NCBI GenBank assembly: GCA_903893795.1
Contig: CAITNO010000156.1
Coordinates: 4,557-68,556, forward strand
Origin: Candidatus Hydrogenedentota bacterium
GTDB taxonomy: Bacteria > Hydrogenedentota > Hydrogenedentia > Hydrogenedentales > CAITNO01
Direction: 5' to 3'
Length of the DNA stretch: 64,000 nt
The notes below the pieces were generated by a model. It searched no databases. It was given only the letters and a program-made list of their open reading frames with translations, and had not been told where the DNA came from. Of the stretch, positions 9,630 through 20,008 are shown in pieces. Within the stretch, counting starts at the first letter, position 1. Every line of letters begins with the position of its first letter. The position numbers and the translations under genes are program-made.

Positions 9630-10544
9630 TTACTTTTTCGCAGCTTCGGGGGAGGGTTGAAGGCACCCGGCGAGGAACTTCATGACGGGTTGTGTGACCA
9701 CAGCCTCGCCCGCTTCGCCCAGTTTGCGATTGACCTCGCTGTGGGAATATCCGGTTGCGTCCACCACCGTCGCTTTCACCCTGATTTTCTGAAGAGCAAG
9801 GGCAAACTCGGTGGTTCGGTCACGGCGATCAGGCATGCCTCGGGTTACCAACAGGAACGGCGGAATTCCCTTGTCAGCGCTGATGTGATAGAGGGGGGAG
9901 GCCTTTTTCCAAATGGCCGGGTCTGTTCCAAAGGCGTTCCGAAATATGTGGCGGGGGTCGCGCTCCATGGCGGAAGGGATGTCGTCCCCGGCGGTGTCCA
10001 GGGAAATGGTGCCCTTGATGATGGTCAAGGGCAGGCCATGTTCTTTCAGAAACGACTCGTCCGTACTGATGATGGAGACAAGATGGGCTCCGGCTGAGTG
10101 TCCCATCAGGGCAATGCGGTCGGGGTCGGCTCCATACTCCCCGGCATGGCTGTGCACCCAGGCCAGGGCGGACGCAACATCCTGCTCATGAACCGGATAC
10201 ATGATTCTTTTCGGGTCGGCACTCTCCTGGTCGGGGGAGAGACGGTAGTTGATGCTGACCAGACAATACCCTGCCCCCGTGAGAAGGTCGGGTTTCGTCT
10301 GCATACCGTTGGCCTTGTCGCCGATGGCCCAGCCTCCGCCATGAACCCACACCACCACGGGTGCCGGTTTTGCCGTGGCGTTTGCGGGCGTATAGATGTC
10401 CAGACTCAAGAGATTGGCATCGACGCCCGGAATCGTGGCATAGGCGATATTCCGGTGTGCGACAAACCCGCCGCTGGCGTTTGTGGCGCAGCCAAGACAG
10501 GCGACAAAGAGCAGAACCAGTCCGTACGTTCCAAGCTTCTTCAT
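9630..10544 (-). CDS. Secreted lipoprotein esterase / alpha/beta-hydrolase (carboxylesterase-type)
   Basis: Lipobox 'VACLGC'. 'HGGGW' oxyanion motif and 'GHSAGA' nucleophile elbow. Confidence 0.8.
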   Translation of the reverse strand: MKKLGTYGLVLLFVACLGCATNASGGFVAHRNIAYATIPGVDANLLSLDIYTPANATAKPAPVVVWVHGGGWAIGDKANGMQTKPDLLTGAGYCLVSINYRLSPDQESADPKRIMYPVHEQDVASALAWVHSHAGEYGADPDRIALMGHSAGAHLVSIISTDESFLKEHGLPLTIIKGTISLDTAGDDIPSAMERDPRHIFRNAFGTDPAIWKKASPLYHISADKGIPPFLLVTRGMPDRRDRTTEFALALQKIRVKATVVDATGYSHSEVNRKLGEAGEAVVTQPVMKFLAGCLQPSPEAAKK

Positions 10545-10657
10545 AAAGCATCACGCTCCATAGTCTGTCCGGCCCATGGGAAGCAGACCCTGTGGCCGAA
10601 GTGCACTCTCACGAGGATAGTGGCGGAGCAGGCCCGGAAGGTTACAGTCACCCTGCG

Positions 10658-13411
10658 TTACTTTCGTTGGAAGGCGACGCGGTCTATGTCAATGTTTGCC
10701 CCCTGGAAATCGGCTGGGTCAAAACGCAATGCCGAAATGTTTCCGCGCCAGCGGCGGTTCTGCGACAAATCGACGAGATAATCATGAAACTGCCCGTCTA
10801 TCTGCAACGGAAAACGAATGCTGGAAGACTCGCTGGTGGCGGAACCCGCAGCGGACCAAAACAGTTGGGCGCCCCCCTTTTGTCCCTCAGGACCGGTTAT
10901 GCGCATCCGAATCAGCACTTTTGGAAACTCTCCTGCATTCAGGCCGGGTGTGGAGACGACAAGGGCGGGGTCCGTCCCTAGGGTCTGGAAAGAGAGGACA
11001 CCGTTTGTGGCCACGGCTGGACTGGTGTTCATCATTTCAGACCAGCCTTCTTTGCCAGAGTCAAAGGTCCAGTCCCCTTTGTACGGAATCAGGGGGAAGT
11101 CGTAAGGTCCCAATGCGAAGTCGCGCGGACTGTAGTTGACCGGCCAGGTCACGGGGTCTCCCGTGCCGAAGGCCCTCCGTATGGCCTCGTACATGTCGAA
11201 GCCATACTCCGTCGCCGGTTCCACATAGCTCCCCTCGCCCCACTCATTTGCCGGTGCCAGTATGACCATGGGCAGTTTGTGGCTTTCACTGAAGGTGCGT
11301 CCCGCGCGAAGCAGGTCTTCGAAGAGCGGCGCCGTGCGTCCGCCGATGACCAGAGCCTTGCTGCCGGCCCAGGGCCGGTTGTCCCACCCGGTTTCCACCA
11401 CAGGGTAGTAGACAAGTCCCGGAGCACAACGTGCAGCCGATTTCTGCCATGCCTTCGGCGCGGTGGCGACCGCGTCACTGTACTTCACCGCATTTCTGGA
11501 AGAGGCCAGTGTTTCGGCCTGTCCCCACTCGTGGTAATTGGTCGCGCCGGAGAAGCCCTCCTTGGCGAGTGTTTCCGCCAATTCGGTGGTGTGGTGGCCG
11601 CTCATGGCCACAAACTCAATGCCTTCATATCCTGCTTTGCGTGCCATGTCCTGCGATTCATCCAGGGCGGCCTTCACGGCTTCAGAGCCGCCCAAATCTT
11701 TTCGGAGTCCTTCGGGATTCCAGAGGAAGATGGCCGGCTTGTTGTTGATGCGATAATAGGCAGGCAGGTTGAAGTAACGTTCAATCCATTCCTTGGTTAC
11801 TCTTCGCCAGTCATCCCGAGAATGTGTCCCAGGGCCATTGTGATTGGCCCACATAATCGCCACGTCGAGTTGGTCGCGGTAGCGGGCCTTGCGGTAGGCT
11901 TCAAACCAGTGGGTGAGATATTGGGCTCCGGCGCACCAGTACCAGTCCACGAGAAAACAGTTAACCCCGTTTTCGACAGCCCATTTAATCTGCCAGTCCA
12001 CGCACTCCACGTTGCTTTCGTCGTAGTACCCCAGCAGGGGCTTGCGAATGGGCGCCGTTTTGCGGATGCAATCCCATTTTGTTGCCGACTCCCAACCGGG
12101 GAAATAGTACATGCAAACATCGAGTGCCGGTTTAACCGGGACAGGCACAGGCACATAGTCCGCTTTTTGCACGGAAACGGGGGGCAGAAAGCGGCACAGG
12201 GCCTGCATGGGCTTGTCCAGGCCGGGGCCATCCAAGAGGAGTACATATTCTCCGGGTGGGTCAATCTGCGCCTGCCACCGGAGTTCTTTGGTGTTTCCGT
12301 AATCGAGCGGTGAGAGGGAGGAAGGGTCTGTCAGGGGGACTATCTTCACACCGGCGTCCATGGCCGTCAGACGGTATCCGGCCAGGGATGCCTTCTCGCC
12401 ACCTTGGTTGGTAATTTGGGCGATGACGGAACAGGCCTGTCCAACGCGGTTTACGCCGTTTTCAAAGCCAAAATAGTTGACTACAAGGTCAGCGGCTCCT
12501 CCGGGTAGCTCCGCCAATGCAAGGGAAACGGTCTTCACCTCGGGTGCCGAGATGCGGATACCCACGGCCTGTGCAAGGCCTTTCCAGCAGGGATGACCGC
12601 CCAGCTCAATATTGTAAGAGCGCCTGCCGGGACGTATATCGAAAGATTCCGATTGGATGCCCTGGCTGGAATCACTTATCCAAAGGAATTCCCCTTGGGC
12701 AGGGGTGGGGCTTTCAAGTTCAAGCACCGTCCAACCTAGGTTGCCCAGTCCCAAAGCAAGCGGCGGGCTGAACTGGGCCTTTTCCCCAGCAATCTTGGGC
12801 CATTGGGCTATATCCGCGCCAGACCATGCCGTTTTGTCTCCTTCCGGAGCGACTCCGGCACTCCAGTCCAAGACCCGGATGCTGTCGATGGCGAAGGTCA
12901 TGCCATCGTAAAGGTCGAGCCGGAGTTTGCGAATGGTCCCCTCGCGATGCCATCCCGGAACGATGGCAATCTCTTGAAATTCGGTGCTGTCACCGACCGT
13001 GAAGTTGGTTACCTTCTGTTCCGTAATGCCACCATATTGACCCTCGCTCTGGCCTGTCCAGAAGAGTTGGCCTGTGCCGGGGTGGTCGGCCTTGATGCGC
13101 AGCAGCACGTACTGCCAGGGCGTCGCAGGAATCTCCAGGCCTTCGCAGATAAACATGGGGTCCCAGTTGATGGTCTTTCCACAAAGAGCCCCACCCTCCA
13201 GGCGCACATCGGCGATATGGACATTGGGCTGCCACGCCGATTTGTCGGATTCATTGTCGAATTCCCACACAGGCAGGACGCCAGCGCCGCACAGCACGAC
13301 GGCACACAAGGATGACAGTAACATGAGCCAGGCTCCTTTGGGTGAAACAAACGCCGATGCCGGGTATACTAGGAGACCGCACGAGAGTGCGGCTAGGAGG
13401 ACACCGGTCAT
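10658..13411 (-). CDS. Membrane-anchored GH99-like / WbsX-like glycan-processing protein (917 aa)
   Basis: N-terminal TM helix. The C-terminal ~450 aa ('YYFPGWESATKW...LLGYYDESNVECVDWQIKWAVENGVNCFLVDWYW') resemble the GH99-like/WbsX family by eye. The N-terminal ~430 aa are unassigned. Confidence 0.55.
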   Translation of the reverse strand: MTGVLLAALSCGLLVYPASAFVSPKGAWLMLLSSLCAVVLCGAGVLPVWEFDNESDKSAWQPNVHIADVRLEGGALCGKTINWDPMFICEGLEIPATPWQYVLLRIKADHPGTGQLFWTGQSEGQYGGITEQKVTNFTVGDSTEFQEIAIVPGWHREGTIRKLRLDLYDGMTFAIDSIRVLDWSAGVAPEGDKTAWSGADIAQWPKIAGEKAQFSPPLALGLGNLGWTVLELESPTPAQGEFLWISDSSQGIQSESFDIRPGRRSYNIELGGHPCWKGLAQAVGIRISAPEVKTVSLALAELPGGAADLVVNYFGFENGVNRVGQACSVIAQITNQGGEKASLAGYRLTAMDAGVKIVPLTDPSSLSPLDYGNTKELRWQAQIDPPGEYVLLLDGPGLDKPMQALCRFLPPVSVQKADYVPVPVPVKPALDVCMYYFPGWESATKWDCIRKTAPIRKPLLGYYDESNVECVDWQIKWAVENGVNCFLVDWYWCAGAQYLTHWFEAYRKARYRDQLDVAIMWANHNGPGTHSRDDWRRVTKEWIERYFNLPAYYRINNKPAIFLWNPEGLRKDLGGSEAVKAALDESQDMARKAGYEGIEFVAMSGHHTTELAETLAKEGFSGATNYHEWGQAETLASSRNAVKYSDAVATAPKAWQKSAARCAPGLVYYPVVETGWDNRPWAGSKALVIGGRTAPLFEDLLRAGRTFSESHKLPMVILAPANEWGEGSYVEPATEYGFDMYEAIRRAFGTGDPVTWPVNYSPRDFALGPYDFPLIPYKGDWTFDSGKEGWSEMMNTSPAVATNGVLSFQTLGTDPALVVSTPGLNAGEFPKVLIRMRITGPEGQKGGAQLFWSAAGSATSESSSIRFPLQIDGQFHDYLVDLSQNRRWRGNISALRFDPADFQGANIDIDRVAFQRK

Positions 13412-13418
13412 GACGCCT

Positions 13419-14084
13419 TCTTATGTGGTTCACTATACAACGCTGCTGCCTGCCGTGAAAAGCGATTGGGACGACCCTGCATGGGCAAAGGCAGAACCCC
13501 TTGCCATTGACCAGTTTCATCCCAAGAGCAGCGACCACCATCCCAAGGTCCAGGCGCGGCTATTGCACGATGGAAGAACGTTGGCGGGAATCTACCGTGT
13601 GGAGGACCGTTATGTGGTCTGTCGGCAGTCGGGGTACAACGCCATGGTATGCAAGGACTCCTGTGTGGAGTTCTTCGTGCGGCCCAAATCAGACAAGGGC
13701 TACATGAATTTCGAAATCAACTGCGGCGGCACCATATTGTCGCAGTATGTCGAGGATTGGACCCGCGAGGAGGGGAAGTTTAAGAAGTGCCAGTTTGTGG
13801 CGGAGAAGTTCCTGAAAATGGTAGAGATATCGACCTCGCTGAAGGGCCCGATCACGGAGGAGCATACCGGTCCTTTGACCTACACGGTTTCCTTCCGCAT
13901 TCCTTTTGGCGTCTTTGAAGCCTATCTTGGCGCCCTTGGCGATGTTCACGGGCAGGTCTGGCACGCCAACTGTTACAAGTGTGCCGATGAGTCTTCCCAT
14001 CCCCACTGGGCCGCCTGGTCCAACGTGGGGGAGAACCTGAATTTCCATCAGCCCGAGCGTTTCGGACTGTTGCGTCTTGCATAA
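13419..14084 (+). CDS. CBM9-like / DOMON-like carbohydrate-binding domain protein
   Basis: Divergent from the 917-aa gene. Start set at the ATG at 13419 ('MTPSYVVHY'), because the longer ORF would overlap the neighbour's coding region. No signal peptide. Confidence 0.45.
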   Translation, partial: SYVVHYTTLLPAVKSDWDDPAWAKAEPLAIDQFHPKSSDHHPKVQARLLHDGRTLAGIYRVEDRYVVCRQSGYNAMVCKDSCVEFFVRPKSDKGYMNFEINCGGTILSQYVEDWTREEGKFKKCQFVAEKFLKMVEISTSLKGPITEEHTGPLTYTVSFRIPFGVFEAYLGALGDVHGQVWHANCYKCADESSHPHWAAWSNVGENLNFHQPERFGLLRLA

Positions 14085-14099
14085 TCCACGGAGGTGTTG

Positions 14100-15488
14100 A
14101 TGTCTTCCATTCCAAAATTTGCCGATGCAGAAACCGCCGCCCGGCTTGCCGGGGCACTTTCCGACCAATATGCCATCGTGGCAAATCCACCCTATATTTA
14201 CCCGCCCTATGATGTTTATCCATTGTCCAAGGGGACCCCTGTTCTGGAAAATGGCCTGCTTGCGGCCGTGATGGACATGGACGGCACGACGACCACCACA
14301 GAGCCCTGCTGCATCAACGCGTTGGACACCATGGTGCGGCGCTGCTGCGGACGCGATGAAGACCGTGCCTGGCCGGGCCTCGATCAGGTCCGCGATTATC
14401 CGCACATCATCGGTAACAGCACGACGAAGCATGTCGAGTACCTCATGCGGGCCTATGGTGATTCTTTCCAGCAGGAAGCCCTGCGCGAAAACCTGGTCCG
14501 CGGCGCCGCGTGGACGCTGTCCTGCGGTCGCGACCCGGGCCGCAAGCGCGACCTGCGCAATACTCTTGCCGCGCTGGGATTGGGGGAGTTGGAGGGTGAC
14601 CCTGCCTTTCAGCATCTTATGGCGGCGCAAGACTATTACGCTCAGGAGAGCCGGGATCAGGCAAGAGCCATAGCCGAATCCGGTCGTCATGCGTTCAATC
14701 TTGAGGGGATTTCCAATCTCACCCGCGCCGGAATCGAAATCTACTACCAGCGTTATCATGAAGTTCTGGGCTGGGTGGCGGACGGCCGGGGTGATGAAAT
14801 GGCCGAACAGGTGCTGGGACCGGGCGGCAAGCGCCTCATCGGTCCCATGCCCGGTGTGGGGGTATTTCTGGCCCTGCTCAAAGGCTGGCTCGGCACGGAG
14901 GCTGGTGATTTCACCGAACTCCTTGCCCAGCCCCTCCTTGCAGCAGGAATGCTTGAGCAGGCGGAACTGCCTGCCTGCCGCGAGAGGCTGGCCCGATTGG
15001 GTGCCTATCTGGCGCGACATCCTGCCCGCGTGGCGCTGGTGACCTCCTCCATTTTCTATGAAGCAGACCTGGTGCTCACGGAGGTGTTTCGCATACTTCG
15101 CACGGAACTGGGACAGTGGCCTGTCGCAGCGGAGAAGAAACAGTTTCTGCTGGAGCACTTCGCCAGTCCCCATGTCTATTATGACGGGTTCATCACTGCC
15201 ACCGATTCCAGTGAGATCCGACTTAAGCCACACCGCGACCTCTACTCCATGGCCATGCACGAAATAGGGCTTTATCCCGAAGACTTCGGTAAGGCAGTCG
15301 GTTTTGAGGACAGCGAATCGGGGACTATTGCCATCCGCGCGGCCGGCATTCGTGTTTGCTGTGCCCTCCCGTTCCACATGACGACAGGGCATCGCTTTGA
15401 GGCCGCCACCCGGGTCTGCCCCGGAGGATTGCCCGAGGTTATGCTGAAGCACGGACTGTTCCTCGAAGAATCACTGTTGAAAGGGTAG
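14100..15488 (+). CDS. HAD-superfamily hydrolase with a large cap insert
   Basis: HAD motif I 'DMDGTT', motif II 'VTSS' and motif IV 'EDSESG'. GGAGG ribosome-binding site 6 nt before the ATG at 14100. Co-linear with the flanking + strand genes. Confidence 0.65.
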   Translation: MSSIPKFADAETAARLAGALSDQYAIVANPPYIYPPYDVYPLSKGTPVLENGLLAAVMDMDGTTTTTEPCCINALDTMVRRCCGRDEDRAWPGLDQVRDYPHIIGNSTTKHVEYLMRAYGDSFQQEALRENLVRGAAWTLSCGRDPGRKRDLRNTLAALGLGELEGDPAFQHLMAAQDYYAQESRDQARAIAESGRHAFNLEGISNLTRAGIEIYYQRYHEVLGWVADGRGDEMAEQVLGPGGKRLIGPMPGVGVFLALLKGWLGTEAGDFTELLAQPLLAAGMLEQAELPACRERLARLGAYLARHPARVALVTSSIFYEADLVLTEVFRILRTELGQWPVAAEKKQFLLEHFASPHVYYDGFITATDSSEIRLKPHRDLYSMAMHEIGLYPEDFGKAVGFEDSESGTIAIRAAGIRVCCALPFHMTTGHRFEAATRVCPGGLPEVMLKHGLFLEESLLKG

Positions 15489-15505
15489 TCAACCGGAGAA
15501 ACGAA

Positions 15506-16723
15506 ATGCTTGCGGAAACGTCCTTTCGTGAATGCACCGGCTACATGGTGGACCGTATCCGCACGATCTGCGAGGAATTCGGCCCGCGCCCGCCCGGAAG
15601 CGCGGGGGAGACCCGTTGTCAGGAGTTCCTGCGCGACGAACTTTCCGAGTTCGGGATGAATCCGGTGCTGGAATCCTTTCCCGTTTCCCAGACGGCTTTC
15701 ATGGCCGCGCCGGTGGTTGCAGGATGGCTTGGGCTGCTGGCTGTGCCGAGTTTCTGGTTGAGCCCCGCACTCGCGCTGGCATTGACTGTGCTTGCAGTTC
15801 TTGTGTTCATTTTGGAAGTTATAAGCTACCGTCATGTTCTCACCCCTTTCTTTCCGAAGCACACTTCCCATAACCTCTATGCGGCTTTGGCCCCTTCCGG
15901 TCGCGTCAAACAGCGCATTATTCTGGCCGGCCACGCCGATGTCGCCTTTGAGTGGCGCTATCAGCAACTCTTTCCCCGTTACTTCATGTATTTCGGACAG
16001 GGCGCCGTGCTCTCCATTTTCTGGCTGTTGTTGACCTGCATGGCGACCGTACTTTTCAGCGGGCGCATAACGCCAACAGGAGGTTTATGGTGGTGGGTGG
16101 GGCTAAGCCAGCTTCTCGCAGTACCCGGAGCCTTTGTCGCGGCCACCTTTAGCCGTTTTGGCGTGACCTCGCCCGGTGCCGTGGACAACCTGACGGGCGC
16201 ATTGGTATCGGTGGGTCTTGCCCGGCAGTTCAAGAGGGCTGGGGTTGTTCCGGAAAACACCGAGATTATTTTCATGGTTAGCGGGTCGGAAGAGGCGGGA
16301 CTGTGCGGGGCGGAGGCCTTTTTGAAAAAGCACCGGCAAGAATGGACCGACGTGGAGACCCTTTTCCTTGCCCTGGAGAGTTTTCGGGATTTGGACTACC
16401 TGATGGCGTACAGCCGCGACCTGAACGGCTCCCGGCGCCACCATCCCGGCCTCTGCGCCCTATTGCAGAATGCGTTGTTGCGCAATGGGTTGAAGCGTCC
16501 TTTTGGTAATGTCCGGGTGGGTGCATCCGATGCGGCCGCCTTTACCCGGGCAGGATTGCCTGCGGCGGCACTGTGCGGCATGGACCCCGGACCGGCCCAC
16601 TATTATCATTGCCGCAGGGATAGCTGGGAGATTCTGGACGAGGACTGCCTTTTCAAAACGCTTCAGGTGCTCAGCAGTGCCTTGGAAGAGTACGACCGGA
16701 ATGGTCTTCCGACAGTCAGATAG
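15506..16723 (+). CDS. M28-family peptidase with internal membrane segments
   Basis: 'GSEEAGLCGA' and 'ASDAAAF' match M28 metal-ligand regions. Several hydrophobic helices lie in the middle of the protein. Confidence 0.5.
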   Translation: MLAETSFRECTGYMVDRIRTICEEFGPRPPGSAGETRCQEFLRDELSEFGMNPVLESFPVSQTAFMAAPVVAGWLGLLAVPSFWLSPALALALTVLAVLVFILEVISYRHVLTPFFPKHTSHNLYAALAPSGRVKQRIILAGHADVAFEWRYQQLFPRYFMYFGQGAVLSIFWLLLTCMATVLFSGRITPTGGLWWWVGLSQLLAVPGAFVAATFSRFGVTSPGAVDNLTGALVSVGLARQFKRAGVVPENTEIIFMVSGSEEAGLCGAEAFLKKHRQEWTDVETLFLALESFRDLDYLMAYSRDLNGSRRHHPGLCALLQNALLRNGLKRPFGNVRVGASDAAAFTRAGLPAAALCGMDPGPAHYYHCRRDSWEILDEDCLFKTLQVLSSALEEYDRNGLPTVR

Positions 16724-16879
16724 GCCAGTTGGGGTTGCTATGGTAGATTTGGAACTCAATCCTCAAAGACGGTGTTAAGAGGGTGTGTTTTGGTTCTTCA
16801 GCGTGAATGTACCGCCCATTTCTTGGCGGTGGAGAATGTGCGGCCAGGGTGGCCACAACCGATAGAAAAGGAAAAAGCC

Positions 16880-17275
16880 ATGAAGACAGCCCGCGTTGTT
16901 ATTTTTATGTTTGCCTTGGCATTCGTTGCCACTTGGTCCCTGTCCGCATGGGCTGCGGACGCTCCTGCGGCGGCCCCGGGCAGCAGCACCCCGACAGCCA
17001 AGGCCAAGATTACCAGTGAGGTTAAGTGTGTCGTGACGGGGAAGCTGACGGAGAAAACGGTGACGAACAAACAGGGTAAGGAGCGCAAGACCCTTGAAAT
17101 CATCGTCGCCACGGCGAAAACTGCGGATGGAAAAGCAGTAGACGAATTGTCGGGCAAAACGCTCCGGGTTGCCCCGAAAAAGGGCCTGAAAGTTTCGGAC
17201 TTTGTCGGCAAGGATGTGACTATCTCCGGGACAGTGCTGAACAACAAGCGCTTGCAAGCCGACAGCATAAAGTAA
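16880..17275 (+). CDS. Small Lys-rich secreted protein (132 aa)
   Basis: Signal peptide 'MKTARVVIFMFALAFVATWSLSAWA' at an internal ATG. GA-rich ribosome-binding site. The longer ORF-track start lacks a signal peptide. Confidence 0.5.
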   Translation: MKTARVVIFMFALAFVATWSLSAWAADAPAAAPGSSTPTAKAKITSEVKCVVTGKLTEKTVTNKQGKERKTLEIIVATAKTADGKAVDELSGKTLRVAPKKGLKVSDFVGKDVTISGTVLNNKRLQADSIK

Positions 17276-17439
17276 TCCGCACACCTTTGGTGCTCGGGTG
17301 TCCGCCTCCCAAGACGGCCTGTTTTCTGGAAGTTCTTCGATGTGTTGCTGTTTACGCGATGGATAGCGGCGATTTCTGGCAATTACGGTCAGGTTCTTAT
17401 TGAACGGCGCACCCTGTAGACGCTATACTAAGTTTGTTG

Positions 17440-17526
17440 GCCGGGATGGCGAAATAGGCAGACGCAGCGGACTCAAAATCCGCCGGTGGTGACACCATGG
17501 GGGTTCGATTCCCCCTCCCGGCACCA
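17440..17526 (+). tRNA. tRNA-Leu (anticodon CAA), class II with a long variable arm, CCA encoded
   Basis: Cloverleaf folded by hand. 7-bp acceptor stem gccggga/tcccggc. D-stem gcg/cgc. Anticodon stem gcgga/tccgc with loop CTCAAAA, giving anticodon CAA. 4-bp variable stem ggtg/cacc. T-arm ggggg-ttcgatt-ccccc. Discriminator A followed by CCA. Confidence 0.8.
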
Positions 17527-17723
17527 TCTATTACTCGATACATGAGACACCAAGCAGTGTGGAGACCGGGCGTGAACGCGGGTTTGCAGCGGTCGTGGCG
17601 TTCATGTTACACTGTGCACAACATGAACCCGGCCATGGGGTTGTGCGCCCGCGGTCGGGCTCTTTGTCTTAAAGCGAATCACTTTCCGGACGGGGTTTCC
17701 CGCCGGAACAGAGGAGACTGGTC

Positions 17724-17978
17724 GTGAAGAAGGGCATTCACCCCGCGAATTATCGCGACGTTGTTTTCATGGATGTGGGCGCCAACGTAAGCTGGCTGTC
17801 CAAGTCCACCGTGAAAACGGAAAAGACAGCGACTTTTGAAGGCAAGGAATATCCGCTGTACACGCTCGACCTTTCGAGCCACTCGCACCCGTTCTTCACG
17901 GGCAAGCAGAAGCTCCTGGATCGTGAAGGCCGCGTTGAGCGCTTCCAGAAGAAATTCGCCGCCAGCAAGAACGCCTAA
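17724..17978 (+). CDS. rpmE: 50S ribosomal protein L31, type B (no zinc ribbon)
   Basis: 'MKKGIHP' and 'HPFFTGKQK' are L31 signatures. There is no CxxC pair. GTG start with a GAGGAG ribosome-binding site. Confidence 0.85.
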   Translation: MKKGIHPANYRDVVFMDVGANVSWLSKSTVKTEKTATFEGKEYPLYTLDLSSHSHPFFTGKQKLLDREGRVERFQKKFAASKNA

Positions 17979-17984
17979 ATTTCC

Positions 17985-19064
<1,080 letters not shown>

Positions 19065-19065
19065 C

Positions 19066-19911
19066 ATGACCGCCAGCTACGGCGACGTGCTTCGCGACGC
19101 CGCAAAGCGCCTCTCCAACCTGTCAGAATCCCCCCAACTCGACGCGGAACTCCTGTTGGCCCATGCCTTGGGATGGTCCAGGTCCGCTTTGCTCTCCCAT
19201 CGCTGCGATTCCGGACCCGTTGGGCTCTTCTATGACTATCTGGAGCGCCGCCTTGCCTTCGAACCGGTAGCCTATATTTTGGGTCACCGCGAATTCTATT
19301 CACTGGATTTCATCGTTAGGGCTCCCGTGCTGGTTCCCCGTCCTGAAACTGAACATTTGGTGGAGGCCGCCCTGGCATGCGCCAAGGACTGGGCGCGGCC
19401 CGTGCGCATTCTGGACCTTTGCACCGGCACGGGATGTGTGGCAATCACGCTGGCCTACGAGTTGCCCGGTGCACAGGTTGTGGCGGTGGATATAGCCGAC
19501 GAGGCAGTGCTTTTGGCCAGGGAAAATGCGGCCAAGGCGGGCCTTCCGGTACCTGTGCTTCAGGGGGACCTCTTTGAGGCGTTACCTGAAGACGAACCCC
19601 TATTCGACGTTATTACGGCAAATCCGCCGTACGTGGAAACGGGCGAATGGGACACTCTTGCGCCCGATATTACGGAATATGAGGACAAGCGGGCACTGCT
19701 GGCGGGGGGGGATGGGTTGGACTGCGTACGGAAAATCATCGCCGGGTTGCCTGGTCACCTTGCCTCAGGTGGTTATATTGTGATGGAAATAGGGGAAAAG
19801 CAATACGATGCGGTGTCGGGACTTCTGACGCTGGCTGGGTTTGGAAAAATCACCGCCATTTATGACCTGGCAGGCATACGGCGCATTATCCAAGGACAAT
19901 GGTTGACATGA
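19066..19911 (+). CDS. prmC: Release-factor glutamine N5-methyltransferase
   Basis: 'NPPYV' catalytic motif and 'DLCTGTGCVAI' SAM-binding motif. The start lies 1 nt after the prfA stop. Confidence 0.85.
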   Translation: MTASYGDVLRDAAKRLSNLSESPQLDAELLLAHALGWSRSALLSHRCDSGPVGLFYDYLERRLAFEPVAYILGHREFYSLDFIVRAPVLVPRPETEHLVEAALACAKDWARPVRILDLCTGTGCVAITLAYELPGAQVVAVDIADEAVLLARENAAKAGLPVPVLQGDLFEALPEDEPLFDVITANPPYVETGEWDTLAPDITEYEDKRALLAGGDGLDCVRKIIAGLPGHLASGGYIVMEIGEKQYDAVSGLLTLAGFGKITAIYDLAGIRRIIQGQWLT

Positions 19912-20008
19912 TTGGGAAGGGAACGTATTTGACGAGGTAAAGTGGATTGCTTTTGCCGGCGCAATCAGGCGTGGTACACTCGATATAGAGCAGGGAATAC
20001 TGAGATTC

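Noticed and set aside
11279-12313. 344-aa plus-strand ORF inside the GH99-like gene
   Set aside because: Antisense shadow of a motif-bearing gene.
13689-15452. 587-aa minus-strand ORF
   Set aside because: It is fully antisense to two co-linear plus-strand genes that carry recognisable HAD motifs and good ribosome-binding sites. Long spurious antisense ORFs are expected at ~60% GC.
16798-17382. 194-aa minus-strand ORF opposite the small Lys-rich secreted protein gene
   Set aside because: The plus-strand ORF has a signal peptide and ribosome-binding site. The minus ORF is a low-complexity shadow.
17440-17526. tRNA with 'TCA' in the anticodon region, considered as a possible tRNA-Sec
   Set aside because: Hand folding gives a 5-bp anticodon stem gcgga/tccgc with a 7-nt loop CTCAAAA. 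The anticodon is therefore CAA (Leu), not UCA. The long variable arm is normal for class II tRNA-Leu, and the acceptor and T arms are standard, not Sec-like (8/5).
19695-19715. G8 homopolymer in prmC as a possible phase-variation tract
   Set aside because: It lies in frame within a housekeeping methyltransferase (encoding AGGDG) and no other features suggest contingency. More likely it is just GC-rich Gly codons.
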